A stretch of 56,260 nt of DNA, filler included, from Streblomastix strix (lineage: Eukaryota), in NCBI GenBank assembly GCA_008636045.1. It is 3 parts of 3 records of this genome, joined end to end, with 100 filler letters (N's around TTAATTAATTAA, not from the genome) between each part and the next. Parts side by side here need not be neighbours in the genome. Positions count along the whole stretch, not along the records: positions 37,582 to 56,260 come from SNRW01000588.1; 2 more parts are not named here. One strand, given 5' to 3'. This document shows positions 52,347 to 56,260 of this stretch, piece after piece. The notes below the pieces were generated by a model, which was not told the DNA's origin, ran no database searches, and saw only the letters and a list, made by a program, of their open reading frames with translations. Numbering within the stretch: position 1 is the stretch's first letter; each line of letters opens with the position of its first letter. A program made the position numbers and the translations under genes.

Positions 52347-53681
52347 ATGATTCATATCAAATTCCTCTCTTCAATCTTGTGTTCAAATCTGCTACAACAT
52401 TTACATCAATACTACTTATGTACTTCATCTAATTCATCTTGATCAATTGTTTATTATTTGATTAAGAGTTTTACGTCATGATGGATCTGTTTTCTAAACT
52501 CCAATATTTTTTTCTTATATTCAATCTTTTTATCACTATTATACTAAATTAGCAATTGTTCGTTCAATAAAAGAGAGAAGTAGTAGACTAATTTAAATTA
52601 TTGGAGTTGAGTTATTTTATTTATTTCAAGTTCTATGCCTATTCGTTAAATATAAATCATTACTGAAATAATTTCAGAAAAAGATTCGATTCGTTTCATT
52701 TTTTCTTCGTCAATTATATCGGCTCGATTTACTATTAATTTAATAGAAAAATAAATCTGTATTGAGTTATATGAGAGTAATGAGTTGATCGTAATGAAAT
52801 ACAATTAAGTGAAATGTACAGGACAGTATCCGCTCGAAGAAACTTTACATCATACGCCGAGAAATCTTAAATAGAATGTTGAAGCCAATTTTTATTTGTT
52901 CCTTTTTAAGATCAAATTCATAAAATTGATCCATCTTTCATATTTTCAACCATTATTATTATTTAAATGTATTTTTTAATATGTAATAGTTAATTTAATA
53001 GTAATTATTAGCTTTAATAGTTTGAACTACAAAAGTTACGTTTTTTACTTTAAATCAAGGAAATTATCTAGCAAATGAAATTTGATTGATAATATTCGAA
53101 TGTAGGTTAGAGTTGATGAAGATTATTATAAAAGTAATTGCAAAAATTTGAATTTTTTATCATTTTTTTAATTTAAAAATTAAATTTCATTTCAATGTAA
53201 TAATAAATTAAACTTTATTAAAATTTGTACAATCTCAGATCAAAACTAAACTTAATACTAAAATTCGATATTGAAATATTATTAAATTTTTTATTTTTTC
53301 ATATCTTATTCATATCTTTCACTAAGGTCATATCATATGTGAGGAATCCTAAAATGTTATTTATTTATGATTCTATATCAGTTTATTATCAACAATTTCA
53401 CCAATCAAATCATATATTTTTTCGATTATTCCATATTTTTTATTCATTTCTTCAACTATATTTTATTTTCAAAAATCCTACATGATTCATATCTATAAAT
53501 TCTAATCAAAAATCGTATTAATTATTTATTTTTCAATAATTTTAATGAATAATTGTTTTATTTTTCTTTAGAATTAATTATACTCACTAATGTTTTTCCG
53601 TTAATTTTCTGTTTCAATTCTATAGGGCAGTGAGTTTCTTTTGCCTACTACTACGAAAACATATGGAACGTGAGTGTACTA

Positions 53682-54175
53682 TTTGACTACTTGAGAGGAA
53701 AATGATAGAACCGAAATCTGATAAACATTGAACTGTAGACAAAATTCATTTCACTCCTTATGATTATATATTCAATGAAACCTGCCGAAATCGAAGGAAT
53801 ATCTCTAAGACACTCAGTTATTTGCGAACAAACTGACAAGGTTGACTTGTCACTACAACTGAAAACAAGGTCTGGACTTCACCCACACAAACTTCCGAAA
53901 ACAAATAATTGAACTTTACGACCAAGTGCAACATTCTTCGACTTGTTGAAAAGAATTGATAACTGTCACGGTCGATCCATCAGAGACAATAAATACGAAA
54001 CATTATGGTGGAATGAAGACAACACAATACCAGCCAAATGAGGCCAAATCTCACTCAGATTAAAGAAATTGCTAGACTTGATGGGTATAAAAGGGAAATA
54101 AGTATATTCATTCAGACACTCAGCAGCAACATAACTCGTATTAAATGGTTTATATTAAACGATACTAAACATATA
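53682..54175 (+). pseudogene. DIRS tyrosine recombinase fragment (family of copy 2)
   Basis: MKPAEIEGISLRHSVICE...KGKQVYSFRHSAATQL with TGAs. Confidence 0.85.
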
Positions 54176-54176
54176 A

Positions 54177-54595
54177 GTAGTATTAGTCTTGGAAATTTTG
54201 CGCTCAAATTGGTTAAATTAGCGTGCTAACTTATCTTTTTAGGCCTCAGATACGTTTAGACCAGCCATAAAATAAACAAATTAATAATAAATTTGTCCAA
54301 AATTTTTTAAATTTCGCAGCGTATATTATTAAATGAATACTTTTATACTATTTTCCCCATTGTTTTATCCAAAACAGCCTCAATTTTTATCTTTTTGGGT
54401 GTTTTACGTTACTTTTTCGGAGAAATGTATAAAAAACGTGACCGCAAGCCGAGCGACGAAACAATAGGGACAACTGTCAAATTCATAATTAATTTGTTTA
54501 TTTTATGACAGGTTTACACGTTTGTGAGGTCTTAAAAGATAAGTTAGCGGATAAATTTAACTAAATTGAGCGCATGATTACAAGAATTATACTAC
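54177..54595. mobile_element. MITE with ~120 bp imperfect TIRs
   Basis: GTAGTATTAGTCTTGG...GCTAACTTATCTTTT...CATAAAATAAACAAATTAAT mirrored at 54475-54595. Confidence 0.8.
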
Positions 54596-54689
54596 GTTTC
54601 TCCGTGTAAAACAACTCTAGCTTAACTTACTGAAAAATAAAAAGCGGTGCAACTTGCCTTCTTTCAGTCCTGAAATTAGCCAGATATAT

Positions 54690-56010
54690 TTTTCTGCTCA
54701 TTACACTTGGAAATAACGAATTAAAATCTAGTCCAATAATATTTGATACCGTATACTATATATCAATAATTTTCATTTTATTTTCTTCATATCTTAATTT
54801 CTCTATTTTTGTTTCATTGGCAAAAAATAATTCGATTTATTACATTTGAAAGTCCACTTGTTAATGAATCTCTTAAAGTTTGATTTATTTATTAATTTTT
54901 AATTATTGTAGGTAAATTATATTTTAAGCAATATTTCATTAATTATGTCAATAATTTCAATTCTAAGTCGTCTCCAATACTTTTGACCTTATTACAACAT
55001 AAACTTCATTTTTTCCCATCATTTACGGTGTGAGATAAGGAATTAATTATTCGGTCTAATGTGGGCTTATTTTTTAAACGAAAATTAATCATGGTAAATA
55101 TAACAGGGCTATACGAATAATTAACAGAAATAATTGCAGTCATTTATGTTAATGTTATTAATAAATAGGTCAATGGGCCAATTTATCTTTAAAACAATAT
55201 CTCTCAACTTTAACTTTCCAATATTATTTAGATGAGATAAAATGGTGGATCAAATGTTTTGATACTCTAATCGCTATCAAGTTTGAAATCATTATAGGCC
55301 ATAGAAAATTTGACTGCGTTGGCGCAACTGGCCATTGAGATAAATTTAAACATATGAATCTTATATTTAAAGAAGAGATTTATTAGATTTTTTATTGATT
55401 CAATCAATAATGATGTGTCGAGTATGTTATAATGTTTAAAATAGTCCCATATGTTATTGATTTATTTATAATCTTATAAGTACGATTAAATATTTTCATC
55501 AGTTATTGAATTATTTTTCAATGTTTTATTGAAATCGGAATAATTAAAGGAGGTAGATTTTTCTAATTATCCTTTATAATCATCCTCCATCAGATCATAT
55601 GGAAATAGGCCCTTACTTTAATATTAATTTGAGAAATTACGAACAAATAAGTTTAAGGTCATTTGTGGAGCTATATATAAGTAAGCGTCTAGAAAATTAT
55701 GCTTCACTGATAAATTATTATGAGATAGAATCAATTATTTACAAATTTATGAAGTACCTAAATAGCTAGTTATTTTCCATTAGTTTGATGATTAATATGG
55801 AAATAATAGGAATATGTCAAACATAACTGAATTATATCCAAGGATAGGAGCTTCGATTGAATAGGAGATAAGTTCATTATCGTAATTATTATCGTGTTTA
55901 ATTTATACTGCTTCATTGAATATCTTATTAAATAATAAATTAACAAAATTAGATTTTCTAATATCATAACAGTTCGATTTAATTCCTGTATTTGAATAAA
56001 TAATGCATGC
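54690..56010 (-). pseudogene. pPolB fragment (ExoII-ExoIII, inserted HNH/EndoVII-like domain, motif A)
   Basis: ILGYNSVMFD, FLDA, KGLFPYD, HYNILD, PTLDRI...H...CCNKVK, IIGLDFNSLFPS; frameshifted. Confidence 0.85.
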
Positions 56011-56260
56011 TATTGATAGTTGATTAATTTAGATAAAAATTTATTATTTTTACCAAAACTAGTATTAATTTTTTATTTAAAAATTTCAAAATCATTAGTA
56101 ATGAAAGTAGTTATGAGAATATGGAGAGTGTCCCACATAGAAAAATAAAATAAATAATGTTAAATAAAATAATGAATATAAAATAATGAAAATAAATAAT
56201 AATAATAAATAATAATAAATATTTAATGAAAAATAAAAATAAGCACTTGCTTAAAAATTA

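Overview
Very AT-rich eukaryotic (protist) genomic DNA that uses the TAA/TAG=Gln code with TGA as the only stop, so the supplied standard-code ORF track fragments nearly every gene. The code, the intron style and the mobile-element load suggest an oxymonad such as Streblomastix (inference). The window is three unrelated contigs (18,694, 18,687 and 18,679 bp) joined by artificial N44-TTAATTAATTAA-N44 linkers. Host genes: a multi-intron CFAP58, a lidless divergent HSP70, a SMYD methyltransferase with two lesions, and several pseudogenes. Mobile DNA: five DIRS-type tyrosine-recombinase retrotransposon copies or fragments (one full-length, with ITRs and an ICR, nested in a TIR element with an 8-bp TSD); decayed Polinton/Maverick-like viral segments (pPolB, packaging ATPase, putative capsid and fibre proteins, HNH nuclease); two rve integrases; and several MITE/foldback elements. 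The most striking observation is that two independent contigs each carry a GC-rich, heavily base-paired ~190-240 nt element with tRNA-spaced A and B boxes and a T-run terminator. Each lies divergently just upstream of a homologous Maverick-type integrase gene. This is a candidate Pol III ncRNA (VA-RNA-like) coupled to the integrase.
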